Assembly: GCA_973895155.1 (NCBI GenBank)
Contig: OZ316895.1
Span: 1,238,435-1,302,434 of the forward strand
From: Marsupella aquatica
Lineage: Eukaryota; Plantae; Marchantiophyta
Reading direction: 5' to 3'
DNA: 64,000 nt
Notes under the pieces: generated by a model
Database searches by the model: none
What the model saw: the letters and a program-made list of their open reading frames with translations, nothing else
What the model was told of the DNA's origin: nothing
Position numbers and translations under genes: made by a program
Part shown: one piece after another, positions 11,601-25,094 of the stretch
Numbering within the stretch: position 1 is the first letter of the stretch
Layout of the letters: each line of letters starts with the position of its first letter

Positions 11601-14600
11601 CCAACTTAAACGAATTCCAAACGTGTGAGGGATCATTTCACATCATGAAGTGACATTCCAATAGACATGATAGGATGGGTACGATTGAACGAGCAGGCCA
11701 AACATTAGAGAAGTTTGGGTTACTAGAGATGGATTACTGTGAACATGTATTTCCAAGAAATGGCCGATGAAACGAATGTAATAATGCAACGTAAGGCAAT
11801 GTGTAAAGGCTAAGGTAATCGCGAGTCAGAAAACTTGACACTTATCCCACCAAACCAAATTCCCGCCTCAATTTCAAGCGATGTTTAGATCATTGCCAAC
11901 TTTCAAGAACCGTCGCAACAGGTATGGTTGTACTCGAGTCAAATCTTGGGAATAATTATGGATTCCTGAGGCAGATGTCCGTTTTGACTAGAGCACAACC
12001 ATACCCCGGGCATATAACCAACTCATACGAAACGGGCATGTGTCTCAGAAATCAGCTCATACTGTGCAGGTGTGGTAGAAAGGAGAAGTGACTCGGCAGA
12101 AACCGGAAATCCTGCCAATTATGCCATTTGCTCATTACTTTTCTCTGTTGGGTGACAAATGCATGACAGGTTCACGGGAAAATCTCGTACAACGGACATA
12201 CTTTGGACGAGTTTGTGCCTCAGAAGACGTCAGCTTATGTTAGTCAGCATGATCTGCATGTTGGGGAGATGACTGTCAGAGAAACCTTGGAGTTTTCGGC
12301 GAAGTGCCAAGGCGTCGGGACGCGCTACGGTCAGTGCCTACTCTCATCTTGGTTGCCTTCTCTCAATATCACTTGTTGCCTTGCTAAGATCATGTGTCTG
12401 ACCTCCGTCGAAGAGTGTAATAATTGCTTTAACTATTCGTTCTCGAAAAGGGCATCGGCTTAAACATCAGACACACAGAGATAACAAAATATACAAGATG
12501 ATCGATCTTATGTAAGGTTGACCTGTGGGTGGAGATTGTTGAGTTGTAGAGGTTGAAGGACAACAACGGAGTAGAACAAATTTCTTGACGTCGGTGATAG
12601 AGGATTCCGATATACTCGACATTGCTTGGACAGGATGCTTGTGTCGGATGGCACCTTGCGGAGGAAGCAGATTCGTAGAAGCTCACCATGGCAATGCTGG
12701 TTGTTTTAGTGTCGATTCTCCTGGGTTGCTTGTTTGTTTCATTTATCCTTCCAGAAATTTGTTCTCTGTGTAGAGCTTTTGGCGGAACTCACTAAAAGGG
12801 AAAAGGAGCTCGGTATCCACCCGGAGGCAGATGTCGATTACTATATGAAAGTGAGTCTCAGCCTCACTTACTTTGGCCACTGGACTTAGCAATTTTTGTA
12901 TACGACTATTCCGTTCTCCTATGCTCATTTTTATGCATGATTTTTCCGCAGCACTTATACGTTTGCAAAGGTAATACTGTCAGGGGCTTGAATCGTCGTA
13001 GTTATTCAGTTGCAAGTTCCTACTTTTGGCTGACTCGGAGATCGCTGTTCGGTCATGTAGGCAGCTGCTATGAAAGAAACATCGAGCGGCCTCATCACCG
13101 AGTATATGTTGAAGGTAAGCGGATGTAAGCAGCTAAATTATCATTACTTTCTTTTCGACGTAAACTGCAGGTGTTGATCATCTCTTCTCTAAATTTGATT
13201 GAGATATTGTGTCCAGGACGTAGGCCTCGCGGTTTGGTATACAGCCGGTTACACCGCTTGAAAATTAGCCCATATCTGAATGTAACGTCAGAACTGGTTC
13301 GTCGTGCAGATATTGGGTCTGGACATCTGTGCAGACACGGTGGTTGGAGATGATATGCGCAGGGGAATCTCTGGAGGACAGAAAAAACGAGTAACCACCG
13401 GTTAGTGTTATCCACTTAGCAGTGTCGAGGCAACCATAATAGCGCCTTGGTTTTGTTTTCGGCGATGTTATTTCACAACGCGAAATTCAGCAGTCACTCT
13501 CTGGCCAGTGGATGGTTCTGCTGGGGATTTTATTGAAAAGAAGGTAGGAAATGGGGTAGTGTGGTCTGACTCAATTCGTTTCCTCTCAACTTCGTACCAA
13601 ATTTCAGGGGAAATGATCGTAGGACCTGTGAAGACATTGTTTATGGACGAGATTTCCACGGGCTTGGACAGCTCAACGACGTTTCAGATCGTAAAGTGCC
13701 TTGGGGATATCTGCCATATGTTGGAATCTACTATTCTAATCTCATTGCTACAGCCGGCACCCGAGACATACGACCTCTTCGACGACGTCATTTTGCTGTC
13801 AGAGGGTCAAGTTGTCTATCATGGGCCCCGAGAAAACATTCTCGCATTTTTTGAGTCCTGTGGATTCAAATGCCCCGAAAGAAAGGGTGTGGCTGACTTT
13901 TTGCAAGAGGTGACTCTCAAATCAGCTCATCTCGAAAGTCTGTTTCTGCACAGGGAATGCTGCTGTTGCTACTGTGGTCTGTTTTTGCCAAATGTAGGGG
14001 TCCAAATACTCTTGGAAGTTCTTGGAGTTTCTTTTTGGCCCTTTGTCAGAAAATCTCTCTTATTCCTCCTGAGAATTGGCTTCTACACTTGAACATCCTG
14101 TCTTCCTTTGGGGTCTTTTAATAGATCGGAATCGGCTTTTCGTTTATATCACTAAAAGCTCAACGCGTCTAGTTCATGCCGATCGTCGTGAACATTTTCA
14201 TTTTTGTATTCGCTGCCCTTGAAATGTCACGGAATCATGCAAAGCGTCGAGGTTGAGGACTGACCAAGGAGATGAGATTTACTGAGATGATACGGCTGTT
14301 AAATCTTTCAGGTGACCTCTAGGAAAGATCAAGAGCAGTACTGGGCTGATAGATCGCGGCCTTACCAATTTGTTCCAAGTAAAGAATTTGCCACTGCCTT
14401 CAAGAGTCATCACATGGGTGGGAAAGTGACGGAGGAGTTGAAAACTCCATACGACAAGGAACAGAGCCACAAGGCAGCATTGTCCTATAATAGATACTCC
14501 ATTACCCCTTGGGAACTATTCAAGGTTAATTGGGAGAAGGAGTGGCTCCTTATGAAGAGAAACTCCTTCGTTTATGTTTTCAAAACCACTCAGATATGTA

Positions 14601-17600
14601 TTATGGCTCTGGTTGCCATGACTGTCTACTTGCGGACAAACATGCACAGAAGGACCTTGGCAGATGCTCAAGAGTACGAAGGAGCTCTGTTTTTCGGAGT
14701 CCTCAACATCATGTTCAACGGTTATGCGGAGTTATCCATGACTATCACTCGATTGCCGGTGTATTTCAGGCAACGAGATATGCTGTTTTTCCCAGCTTGG
14801 GCCTTCAGTTTAGCGACTACGATTTTGAGAATTCCTGTATCAATTTTGGAGACACTGATATGGATCGTCATCACATACTACACAATAGGCTTCGCCCCTG
14901 CTGCTAGCAGGTAAGCAAGGATATCTAGCTAGCTTATCATAATACTCATCTGTAGAGGCAATCAATTGTTTGCGTTGTGGTCTTCAAGAGGCGTCAAAAC
15001 GTTTGTAAAATCTCTTTTCATCCAATTTTTAAGCTGATTCCATTTGGGCTTCAGTGGTCGTTTGAATTAGCGATATAGAATAGTTTATACCCGAGGAAAG
15101 TGAAATGAAGACGCTACCCTCATGTAGTCACCTTCGCTAAAACAGGAAGCGCAGACGGTAGGATGATATTGCCTTTCGAATTGGAGACGGAGTGTGAAGA
15201 TAACTAATTAGAATAAGAATCAAGAACGGCTTCGAAACTGTCGACGTCTGCAGTACTTGGGAAGGCACAGAATCTGGATGTAAACGATAGAGCCTTCTAA
15301 CTTGGAACTGGTTGACTTGCAGGTTTTTTAAGCAATTGTTCCTCTTTGTTTGGGTGCATCAAATGTCATCAGCTCTGTTTCGAATGATGGCTGGGCTTTG
15401 TCGATCGATGATTATTGCCAATACTGGAGGAACTTTCGCCTTGCTTGGCATCTTTGTTCTCGGAGGATTTTTGATCCCAAGGAAGAGTATCAAGCCATGG
15501 TGGATTTGGGGTTATTGGGTATCACCTCTAGCTTATGCGCAAAATGGTATCAATGTCAACGAATTTCTCGCACCTCAATGGGACAAGGTTAGTCGTCCAA
15601 CCAAGTCCTAAATCCTCCATTTGATAACCTCTTTTTCGCAACCTTTGTACGGGATCCTAAGAGATGGACGTACATCTAATGTGAGATATTTGCCTTGGAC
15701 AGCCGTATGGCAATTCTCAATTGTCATTGGGAGTGCAGTTCCTGAACTCGGTGAACATTTGGCCCCATGAGTACTGGTATTGGATTGCAGTCGCTGTGAT
15801 GATTGGATACACCATCCTTTTCAACGTTCTCTTCACTTTGACCATCACATTCTTAGGACGTAAGTATCTTTTTCATTTGCTGAACCCGTTTAATTCTTTC
15901 TCAGCGTCAAACTTTCAGTGAATCGAGGTGAGCAAAATGTACAGCATGACACTCCTCTTGTTCCATATGAAGCAGCTTGGAGCGTATGTTTGTTACTAAG
16001 AATCGATCTATCTCATTATCGATGCTGTTGAATCGGCAACCTTTGATGGTGCACCGGTGGGTTAATACTGTGATTTGAAACTATTTACAGCTATTGGTAA
16101 GCCTCAAGCTGTGATATCGGACGAACAGAGAGCTGAAATGCATGCCAACCGGACGGGGGAGATTCTACCAACCGCAGTTTCATCGAGGAGATCACTTTCA
16201 AAGGCTGGTAAGAGCCTATGATCTGTTGTAATGTAACATGCATAAGCTTTCTCGTGACGATGAATGTTTCAAATAGATGGCTGTAGGTACCCAGTATGGA
16301 AAGTATTTGTCAGGATTGTCACCAAGTAGGATATCACTGTGTAAAAGCCTCAAAAGATCCAAATATTATGTTCAAAAGCTACATCAACTTTTGCGATCTA
16401 CGAAATAATTTTGAAGCTCTGGATTTGAGGGCAGTTTCCGGTACTTCAATCGATAAATTTGATTGAGGATCGTACGATAGCCTTAGTTCTGAAAATACAC
16501 GAAGGTTGCATGCATTCTTCCCAACTACAGTACGTGGTTTCCGTCGTTTTAATTGCAATCAATTGTTGCAGGTACTTTATCTCTGACAAAGTCAAGTCCG
16601 CGCAAGAGTGGCCTCGTTGGAGTTGAGGGCAGGGATAGTGGTGGGGACTTGGCGCTCACCAGGGTGAGCGGGTTGAATAGAAACAAGGACGGTCAAGAGT
16701 CTCCAGTGGCGAGAGCGAGCACTCTTTCGTCACATGGTAGGAATTCACTAGAGATAGAGGATGCCAATGGAGTGGCCCCGAAACGAGGAATGATACTTCC
16801 CTTCCAGCCCTTGTCTATCAGCTTTGATAATGTCAGCTACTACGTTGATATGCCTCCTGTAAGCCCATCTCTCCTGTCTGATCCATTACATTTTCATGTT
16901 CAAGCAAGAAATCTTCACAGTTCGGCCAGACCCGACGGTGTTGTAGAGGAGGATTGATGATCGAATTAGATTGTCAAAGAAACATGGGTTGTATTTGTCT
17001 CGCTGAGTAACAGGACATATCTGTTTTAAGTAATCTCTACGTGAAGACTCATCTGTGCCTTTCAAATTGTCTGCAGCAAATGAAGGTACAAGGGGCGGCG
17101 GACGACAAATTGCAGCTGCTGAGTGGAATTACTGGAGCTTTCAGGCCGGGTATACTCACCGCTCTGGTTGGAGTAAGCGGTGCTGGGAAGACCACGCTGA
17201 TGGACGTTTTGGCAGGACGGAAAACAGGGGGTTATATTGAGGGTGACATTCGTATTTCTGGTTATCCGAAAGTTCAGGAGACCTTTGCCCGAATTTCCGG
17301 TTACTGTGAGCAGAATGATATTCATTCCCCACAAGTGACAGTTCACGAGTCCCTCATCTACAGTGCATGGCTTCGTCTCCCTCATGAGATTGACAGCGAG
17401 ACCAAAGTGGTATGTCTGCCAACCACTGGAACTGGAGAATGCTCCACTACGTCTCATGTAGGGTCAAGCTAGTATAGATAGGGAAGAGATGCAAGAACTA
17501 ATTTTGTTTTGTGATAATTAAGTCGCAAGTCTGGTACAGGAATGAATGGATTGGATAATTGCATCCCAGATTTCAGTAAAATCATGCTGTTGATCCTTAA

Positions 17601-20600
17601 AGTCTCTCGAGAGTGAACTAAAGTTAGTGAAACCTTTACACTGACAAAATAGTCTTTAATCACAACAGGAGAACAAACTGATGATTTCCAAGATCTGAAG
17701 GGACAGAAGGTGTCTCCAGATTTGGGCCAAGTTAGTTATACATGACGCATTACTAAGTAGAGCAATCCCTCATTAATTGAACCTTAAATTTGTCAAATGT
17801 TTTGACTAATTGTTGTCACAAGGATGAATCTACTATTTTCGAATCTGGATTAAATAACCGTGTGCGACATTTGTTGTATCCTGCAGCAATTCGTACAGGA
17901 AGTGATGGACTTGGTGGAGCTCAATTCTCTTAGAGATGCACTGGTTGGCCTTCCTGGAGTTACTGGTCTGTCAACCGAGCAACGTAAGAGGCTTACTATC
18001 GCTGTGGAGCTGGTGGCCAACCCTTCCATTATATTCATGGACGAGCCCACTTCAGGTCTGGATGCTCGAGCTGCTGCCATCGTGATGAGAACTGTGCGAA
18101 ATACGGTCGACACTGGAAGAACGGTGGTGTGTACAATCCATCAACCCAGCATCGATATCTTCGAGGCTTTTGATGAATTACTACTTATGAAGCGAGGTGG
18201 CCAAGTTATATATGCAGGCCCATTGGGAAGGCGCTCGCATAAGTTAGTGGAGTTCTTTGAGGTGAGTAAGGGGAAAACTTTCCACAGATGTGCAGGTCTA
18301 GTAATTAATACTTTAATATCTCACAGTGCCTACTGTTGTGGAATTCGTGATTTGATTAATGTTAATTAATAACAGTCACTGATATTGATTCTCGATAAGT
18401 TTATAAATTCTTACTGATGAAGTCTATGCCTCATACATATGATTGAATTTGGACGATGGCTTAGTAAAGCATGGATAGCACTGAGGCTTCTTTTTACTTT
18501 TTTTTATTATACGCCGTCTTTACCAATGATAACTAAAATGTGGCAATTTGACAGGCGGTCCCTGGTGTTCCTAGGATCAGGGAAGGTTACAATCCGGCGA
18601 CTTGGATGCTAGAAGTCACTTCGGTTGGTGTCGAGCAGCGTTTGGGGGTCGATTTTGCTGAGGTTTACAAAAAGTCTTCATTGTTCCAGAGGAACCAGAA
18701 CTTGGTTAATGACCTCAAGACTCCTGCAACTGACAGCAAGGATCTGTCGTTCCCATCACAGTATTCGCAACCTTTCTTCTCACAAATCACATCGTGCTTG
18801 TGGAAGCAACATAAGACATATTGGCGTAGTCCTGACTACAACAATGTGCGCATGTTCTTTACCACCATTGCTGCTCTGCTTTTCGGCAGTGTCTTCTGGC
18901 AGCTCGGAAAGAAACGGTAAATTTCATGTCTTATCGTTTTGAAAGCTCCTTGAATAGCGTTGGGCCAGGATGGTCTGGTTGGCCGTCGTTAAAGAGCCAC
19001 TAGCCATGACAAAAACATGGTTCCACTTTTTTCCTGAAATTGACCATTTTTAGTATTTTTTCCTGAAATTGAGGAGCAAAACCTCACAGTAGAGGAGAGG
19101 AATGGGAAAAAAGGAGAAGTTTGGGACACTCCTTTTATATGGCCAGTGGTGGTTTAAAAGCTTCCATCCTAGTGCTGACGAGCATGGTTTTAGACTGGGC
19201 TGTTCATAAGAAGTATTGAAGATAGAGAAGTTGCTAACAAGCAGTAGATGGTTCTTGTCCTGTATCTTTTAATTCACTTTTATTCATATCTCGTTCTGGG
19301 TGCAGGAACACTGAAGAAAGTATCTTTAGTATTGTGGCGGCCATGTATGGTGCTGTTATTTTTATCGGTGTAAACAACTCCTCTACTGTTCAACCGGTTG
19401 TGGAGGTAGAGCGAACTGTTTTCTACAGAGAAAGGGCTGCGGGGATGTACTCAGCTGGTCCCTATGCGATAGCCCAGGTACTATTCTAGGATTCTCAAAG
19501 AACCGCTTCTCAAACAAACTACTGGTGTCTACTGCTTAGATTTCCAGTTTCTTTGTAAACTTCACGAGACCTGATTATCTACAATCTAGACTAGATTATG
19601 AGTACCATGAGTATTGATACCGGTTGTTTGCTGATTGTCCTTGCAGGTGTTGATCGAGGTACCATATTGTTGCTTCCAAGTGGTTGTTTATTCCGTTATT
19701 ACGTATTCAATGATTGGCTTAGAATGGACAGCTCCGAAGTTCTTCTGGTATCTGTATTTCATGCTCTTCACTTTCTTCTACTTCACGTTCTACGGGATGA
19801 TGTCAGTGGGTCTCACACCCAACAGCCAAATCTCGGCCATCACGTCGTCGTTTTTCTATCAATTCTGGAATCTGTTTTCTGGCTTCTTGATTCTCCGAAA
19901 GGTAAGCTCGCTCTTGCCGTCTTATTCGTATTCAATACAGTTGTACTTTTACGATGATCATGGTGTTTGGGAGTCCATTTACGAAATTCATAATTCCCTA
20001 AAGTTTCGGAAAAAGAATATCACATTACGTCATTGCTTTTAACAGATGGATTGCAAATAGTCATGTTTTTACAGAAACACCTAACACCAGCATGATTCAT
20101 CACATTTTCTAATCGAAAATTATGAACTTTCCTGGGAAAAGTGTTGAAATATACTACGGATTGATATCATCTGAAATCTGTTTGATCGAAAAGTGAGGGT
20201 ATCCAGTCACCCTCAGTCTAACCTTCAGAGTTTTCTATCCGTCAGCACCCCGATGAGAACTGAGTAGTTGGCGCGTCAAAAAACCGAAGCTCTATCAAAA
20301 TAGAGTGAGCTAGACCACTCCTATTTAGAATGCTGATCTGCTTATGGCTTGGGTCATGTGTGCAGAAAATTCCCAAGTGGTGGGTGTGGTACTACTGGGC
20401 TTGCCCTGTAGCTTGGACACTGTACGGTCTCATCGTCTCTCAGTTTGGTAACGTGGATACTTTGTTGACGCGTACTGACCAGACGCAAAAGCCACAATCG
20501 ATATCCCAGTTTGTGGACGATAACTTTGGTTTCAAGTATACCTTTCTACCGGTGGTTGCCGTCATGCACTTGGTATTCCCGGTGCTCTTTGCAACCGTCT

Positions 20601-20641
20601 TCATGTTCACCATAAAATATCTTAATTTCCAAAACAGATAA
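8646..20641 (+). CDS. PDR/ABCG: Pleiotropic drug resistance (PDR) full-size ABCG transporter. About 20 exons (approx.): 8646-9052, 10042-10162, 10599-10687, 10927-11011, 12170-12329, 12774-12850, 13061-13114, 13310-13400, 13608-13909, 14312-14909, 15323-15587, 15703-15859, 16091-16207, 16572-16858, 17077-17409, 17887-18261, 18554-18916, 19306-19477, 19647-19901, 20366-20641
   Basis: Plant PDR signatures: [19 protein letters not shown], Walker [39 protein letters not shown], second [44 protein letters not shown], and a C-terminus ending [12 protein letters not shown] junctions keep the frame. Confidence 0.97.
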
Positions 20642-22229
20642 ATTGTTATACAGCTTTTGGATTAGGTTCGACACTGTAGATATCTATTGGTTCGAAGCAG
20701 GTTTCTGTGGCTCATTACACCCCACGCGCGTGTGCCTTATGGGCTTCTACATTGATGATTTTGCTCGTAGAGTAAGGCTTGGTTGTTGATACTGGTAGAG
20801 GTGAGAGTAATAATAAAGTGTACAGTAACGTACTCTGGTGCAAATCACTCGAAGTGCCACGGGACCCATAATGGAGGTGGGAGTAGATGAGAAGCATTTC
20901 TTGCCTGTACATTGAGCTAGTAGCCTTTTCTACGTTGTTCTATCTACAGGGGAGGGGAGAGAAAAAATTTGAAGAGTACGGCCGTAGTGTTAATGTATTT
21001 GATTCACATAATGACGACAAATCAGATCGTTTCCTTCCATCTACTGCATTTGGCTTCCCTGTCAGGTGGAACCTACCCTTGCGCTGGAGAAGGAAAGTAG
21101 TTGTTCGGTCTCTCGCCCTTGTATTATTGTCATCGCAGATCTTCTAAGCAAGACTGCAAAAATTTTCTGGAGTCGCTGATTTCAATACTTGAAAGTGTCT
21201 CCGGTACATCCGAATCCCGAGAGCAGCAGAAAATACTTATGTATATTAGTTTGAGGATTTGAAAAAAGGCTGGCTAGGAGAACACTTCATATGCTTGAAA
21301 AATGGTTCAAGCAATCTTGCTGGCAGGTTCCGTTACAGCGGCGCTACCCCGAAAATTCATTTGTTCCCTCCAGCACCAGCACTGAGGCAGACCCCTGTCG
21401 AAATTCCTCCCGTGATTGGTTATGGATGGGCGAGAAAATAGCACAGGAAAGTGTGATGCAAAGTTGTGTCACGACAAGAACGGTTCGGACACTCACAACA
21501 TCCCGTCTAAGAATGGATGCTGAACTGTGTTCCTTCGTAGTTGAGAAATCCCGGACCACAGCAGTCTTTGGAAATTCTTGAGACGAAGTGGCCCGACAAG
21601 AGGGGGAGAGTAGACAGTACAAATATATGGTGATATTGTAGGCTCTTGTACAAGATTAGGTCCTTGGAAAGCTCTACAAGATGGCTCTACAAGATTAGGG
21701 ACGAGAGCCTGAAAGCGCATAAACTTGCCTCGATCCTCCCTACATCTTGGGTAAAAATGTGGCCATTAGAAAACGAGCACACTCGTGCAATACATCACCA
21801 ACTTTCGGGGGCAGTCCTCAACTTATACTCACCACCAAATGGAGTTCATCAATTACAATATTGAATTCAAACGGATCCGTACTCTGCGGCACGGATGGCT
21901 TCTATGGACAAACAGGAGAAGAGAAGAGAAGAGACCCGGAACTCATTCCATCATTCCCTTTACTTCCAGAGAAGTTTGGTTTGCCTGTCGTAGCAATCCT
22001 AAGGTTGTCTTGCAAATCATTTTAAACGTCTCCCAGAGAAGAATATCTTCGAAATCTTTGCACACTTCGTATGTACTTAATTTCTGTCGTGGCAATCACC
22101 TTAAAAATAATCTCACTAAGACCACGAAATTTCTAGACTACAAGGCACCACCAGAAAGGCATTTAGCAAATACAAAGCCCCACACTTCTTACAAGTGTAC
22201 AACCCAGCGCAAAGTTCGTTGGAGCTCCA

Positions 22230-22371
22230 ACCATCCACCCGATAGGCAGGGAAATATGCCACAAAGTTCTGTCGTAGAAACCATGAAACTCGGATTGTCG
22301 CTCCAAACATCCACCCGATAGGCAGGGAAATATGCCACAAAGTTCTGTCGTAGAAACCATGAAACTCGGAT
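22230..22371. repeat. Tandem duplication, ~77-bp unit, downstream of glyoxalase I
   Basis: CATCCACCCGATAGGCAGGGAAATATGCCACAAAGTTCTGTCGTAGAAACCATGAAACTCGGATT occurs twice. Confidence 0.9.
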
Positions 22372-22717
22372 TTATGACAATCTACTTGAAGTTGAGAATG
22401 AACAGAGACATAAATCATGAAATTATGATGATGTCCATTTCAATTTCAAACTCTTCGGCTGCTCAGCCAGGTTTAGCCACAAGACACCTTAACAAGAACA
22501 CACCATAGAGAGCTTTCATTAGATATACGTTGGAAAATCAAAACGCTGTTTTTACAATCTGAGCAGGAGCTTTACCATGGTACTATTACAGGTGAACAAA
22601 ACTTCGTTCTAGAGTGTGCAAGAGGTGGACTGGTGTCATCCCTTCTAACGGCCATTTCAAGGGAATACTGGGCCACCTTGTGTCCCTCCCACTTCAGCAT
22701 TCTTTTCAGATATTAGT

Positions 22718-23791
22718 TCACTCAAGCTCCTTCGCAAAATCTGCGTTGTCAACAAAGACTGATTTCCACCCATCTGGATCCAGAACAGATGTGATTTTGG
22801 TGTTGATGCCTGGCAGAGGTCCAGGCTCACGGACAACTTTGCCCCCGAAAGCTCGAACGGCTTCTGCTGTCTTGTACACATCATCGGTCCCAATGGCAAT
22901 CTGAGCATAGCCTGTGCCCTTAGTATATTCAGTAACACCGTAGTTGTATGTCAATTCCAAAACCGTAGTCTTCTGCTCATCCGGACCATAGCCCAGCTTA
23001 GCAATGGTGTACTTATATTGCGGGACATCCTTCTTGCTCATAACGTTCAAGCCAAATGCCTTCTCATAAAACGCAATTGACTTCTCAATATCACCAACAC
23101 GCAAACAAACTTGTGCAAATGGTTCAGGAGTCGCAGGTCTCTGGAGGAGCTCAAACTTGTAGCCATCAGGGTCCTCAATAAAAGCAATTACCGTCGAACC
23201 ACCTTTCACTGGCCCAGGTTCACGTGACACTGTTCCTCCTTTCGATCTGCACAGATCCACCGTCTTTTGCACATCCTCTACAGCGACTCCGAAGTGGCCA
23301 AACCCTGTCCCGATGTCGTACGAGTCCTTGCCGTAATTGTAGGTGAGCTCCACGACGAAATTGGTCTCCTCTGGGCCATACCCTAGGAACGCGTTTGTGT
23401 ACTTTTCTTCGGGAATATCACGCTGCCGCAGAAGCTTCATCCCCAGAACCTCAGTGTAGAACTTGATCGTCTTCTCCAAGTTTCCCACTCGGTACACAAC
23501 GTGGAGCATCCGTCGGTTGTCTTTCTTGGTGAACTCCACGAGACTCTCAGCTGAGGCTGGTTCAGCCATGTTGCTCTCAATCGACGAAGACCCTTTTCCC
23601 GAGACCCCCCCTGCAATCGAGCAAACTACTGGACTGCCCCTCCGCCGATGCACTGATCCAACCGGTCTGCACAGAATCGATCTACGTAACGGAAGCAATG
23701 CCTTCAACTGAAACCCCACAAATGGAGAGATCGTCGTGCGCCTTAAGATCGCACTTTGCAGGCAAAAACTAGAGAGAGAAGACGTGGACAT
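22718..23791 (-). CDS. GLXI: Lactoylglutathione lyase (glyoxalase I), two-domain plant Ni2+-type, with N-terminal transit peptide. CDS has no introns.
   Basis: RRMLHVVYRVG, FLGYGPEETNFVVELTYNYG, GFGHFGVAV, IEDPDGYKFEL and a second domain QVCLRVGD...LDPDGWKSVFVDN. Ser/Arg-rich ~75-aa N-terminal extension. Confidence 0.97.
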   Translation of the reverse strand: MSTSSLSSFCLQSAILRRTTISPFVGFQLKALLPLRRSILCRPVGSVHRRRGSPVVCSIAGGVSGKGSSSIESNMAEPASAESLVEFTKKDNRRMLHVVYRVGNLEKTIKFYTEVLGMKLLRQRDIPEEKYTNAFLGYGPEETNFVVELTYNYGKDSYDIGTGFGHFGVAVEDVQKTVDLCRSKGGTVSREPGPVKGGSTVIAFIEDPDGYKFELLQRPATPEPFAQVCLRVGDIEKSIAFYEKAFGLNVMSKKDVPQYKYTIAKLGYGPDEQKTTVLELTYNYGVTEYTKGTGYAQIAIGTDDVYKTAEAVRAFGGKVVREPGPLPGINTKITSVLDPDGWKSVFVDNADFAKELE

Positions 23792-24006
23792 TGGTGGTCT
23801 TCAAGCTCATCGATGTGGCTCTTGGCCTTCTTCAAAATCTGCTCTCCAGCCTCTCCTCTCAGGAAGCGAGTGTATAATAATGAATGTCTCGAGGAACAGA
23901 GAATTCTCGAGTACTTAATGTTCTGTTCCCGTTCGTACCTTACAGGTTCCTTACTTCCTCCTCTCGATGGCAGGTGGACAGCTGCTGACTGGTCAGTCTA
24001 GACTCT

Positions 24007-24400
24007 AGAGGTCAAGAGCCCCATTTATTTATCTTGTTAATAAAGCGCAATGTAAAACTATTTTCCAAGGCTGTGGTCTAGACTGAGGCTGTAACTCTCA
24101 AATAGGGATTCTAGAAGCTTCGAAATTAAGATCACAGTTTGTGAAGAGGTCAAGAGCCCCATTTATTTATCTTGTTAATAAAGGGCAATGTAAAACTATT
24201 TTTCCAAGGCTATGGTCCAGAGTGAGGCTGTAACTCTCAAATAGGGATTCTAAAAGCTTCGAAATTATGATCACAGTTTGTGAAGAGGTCAAGGGCCCCA
24301 TTTATTTATCTTCTTAATAAAGCACGATGCAACTATTTTCCAAGGCTATGGTCCAGAGTGAGGCTGTAACTCTCAATAGGGATTCTAAAAGCTTCAAAAT
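24007..24400. repeat. Tandem repeat, 3 x ~139 bp, upstream of glyoxalase I
   Basis: AGAGGTCAAGAGCCCCATTTATTTATCTTGTTAATAAAG starts units at ~24007, ~24146 and ~24285. Confidence 0.92.
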
Positions 24401-25062
24401 CATGGAAGATGGCATTCTACATAAGTGAAATTTAGTCATAACTTTTTTATAAGGTAGTGTAAAAACAATAATTGTCTCTTTGTGTCACAGCCTCTAGAGT
24501 GACTGATGGTAATGGCATACAACCAATACTTTTGGCAACACGTTATGTATTATGAAATTCATAGTCCATAACTTTTTGAGTCCATAACCCATAACTAGGG
24601 AGCTAAGGTCCATCAAATTGTCAGCTTTGAGATGCCCTTATAAGGACAAAAAACAAGGATGGGACAAAGATGAATAAGAAATAGCATACAATTCTTTCTT
24701 TTTTTGTGATCTCTACTATACATTCAAGGAACAGGTATCAGGCTAGTGTAATCTAAATAAAGTGACTCTAGCTAGGAGGAAATTATATTTGCTCTCCAGT
24801 TATTGACGTCCAAAGAGTGGTGCAAAGGAATACACTCACTCTTGGGGCATGTCAAAATGGAAGCCATAGCCAGTGAAGGATGTTGAATCACAACTTTATT
24901 AGGGGGTCTCAAATCTCTCGGCTTTGGTCCGGTCACAGTCACACACGTTACCAAGAGTAAAAGTGGCGGACTCAGAAAGGTTGTCCTACTAGTTGTGACT
25001 GAGGTCCGTAACTCAGGCATTGGGGCTGAGTGGGGATTGTTGCCCTTCATATTTGAGACACC

Positions 25063-25094
25063 CTAGTGGGCTAGTGGGCTAGTGGGCTAGTGGG
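25063..25094. repeat. (CTAGTGGG)4 minisatellite
   Basis: Four consecutive CTAGTGGG units. Confidence 0.85.
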
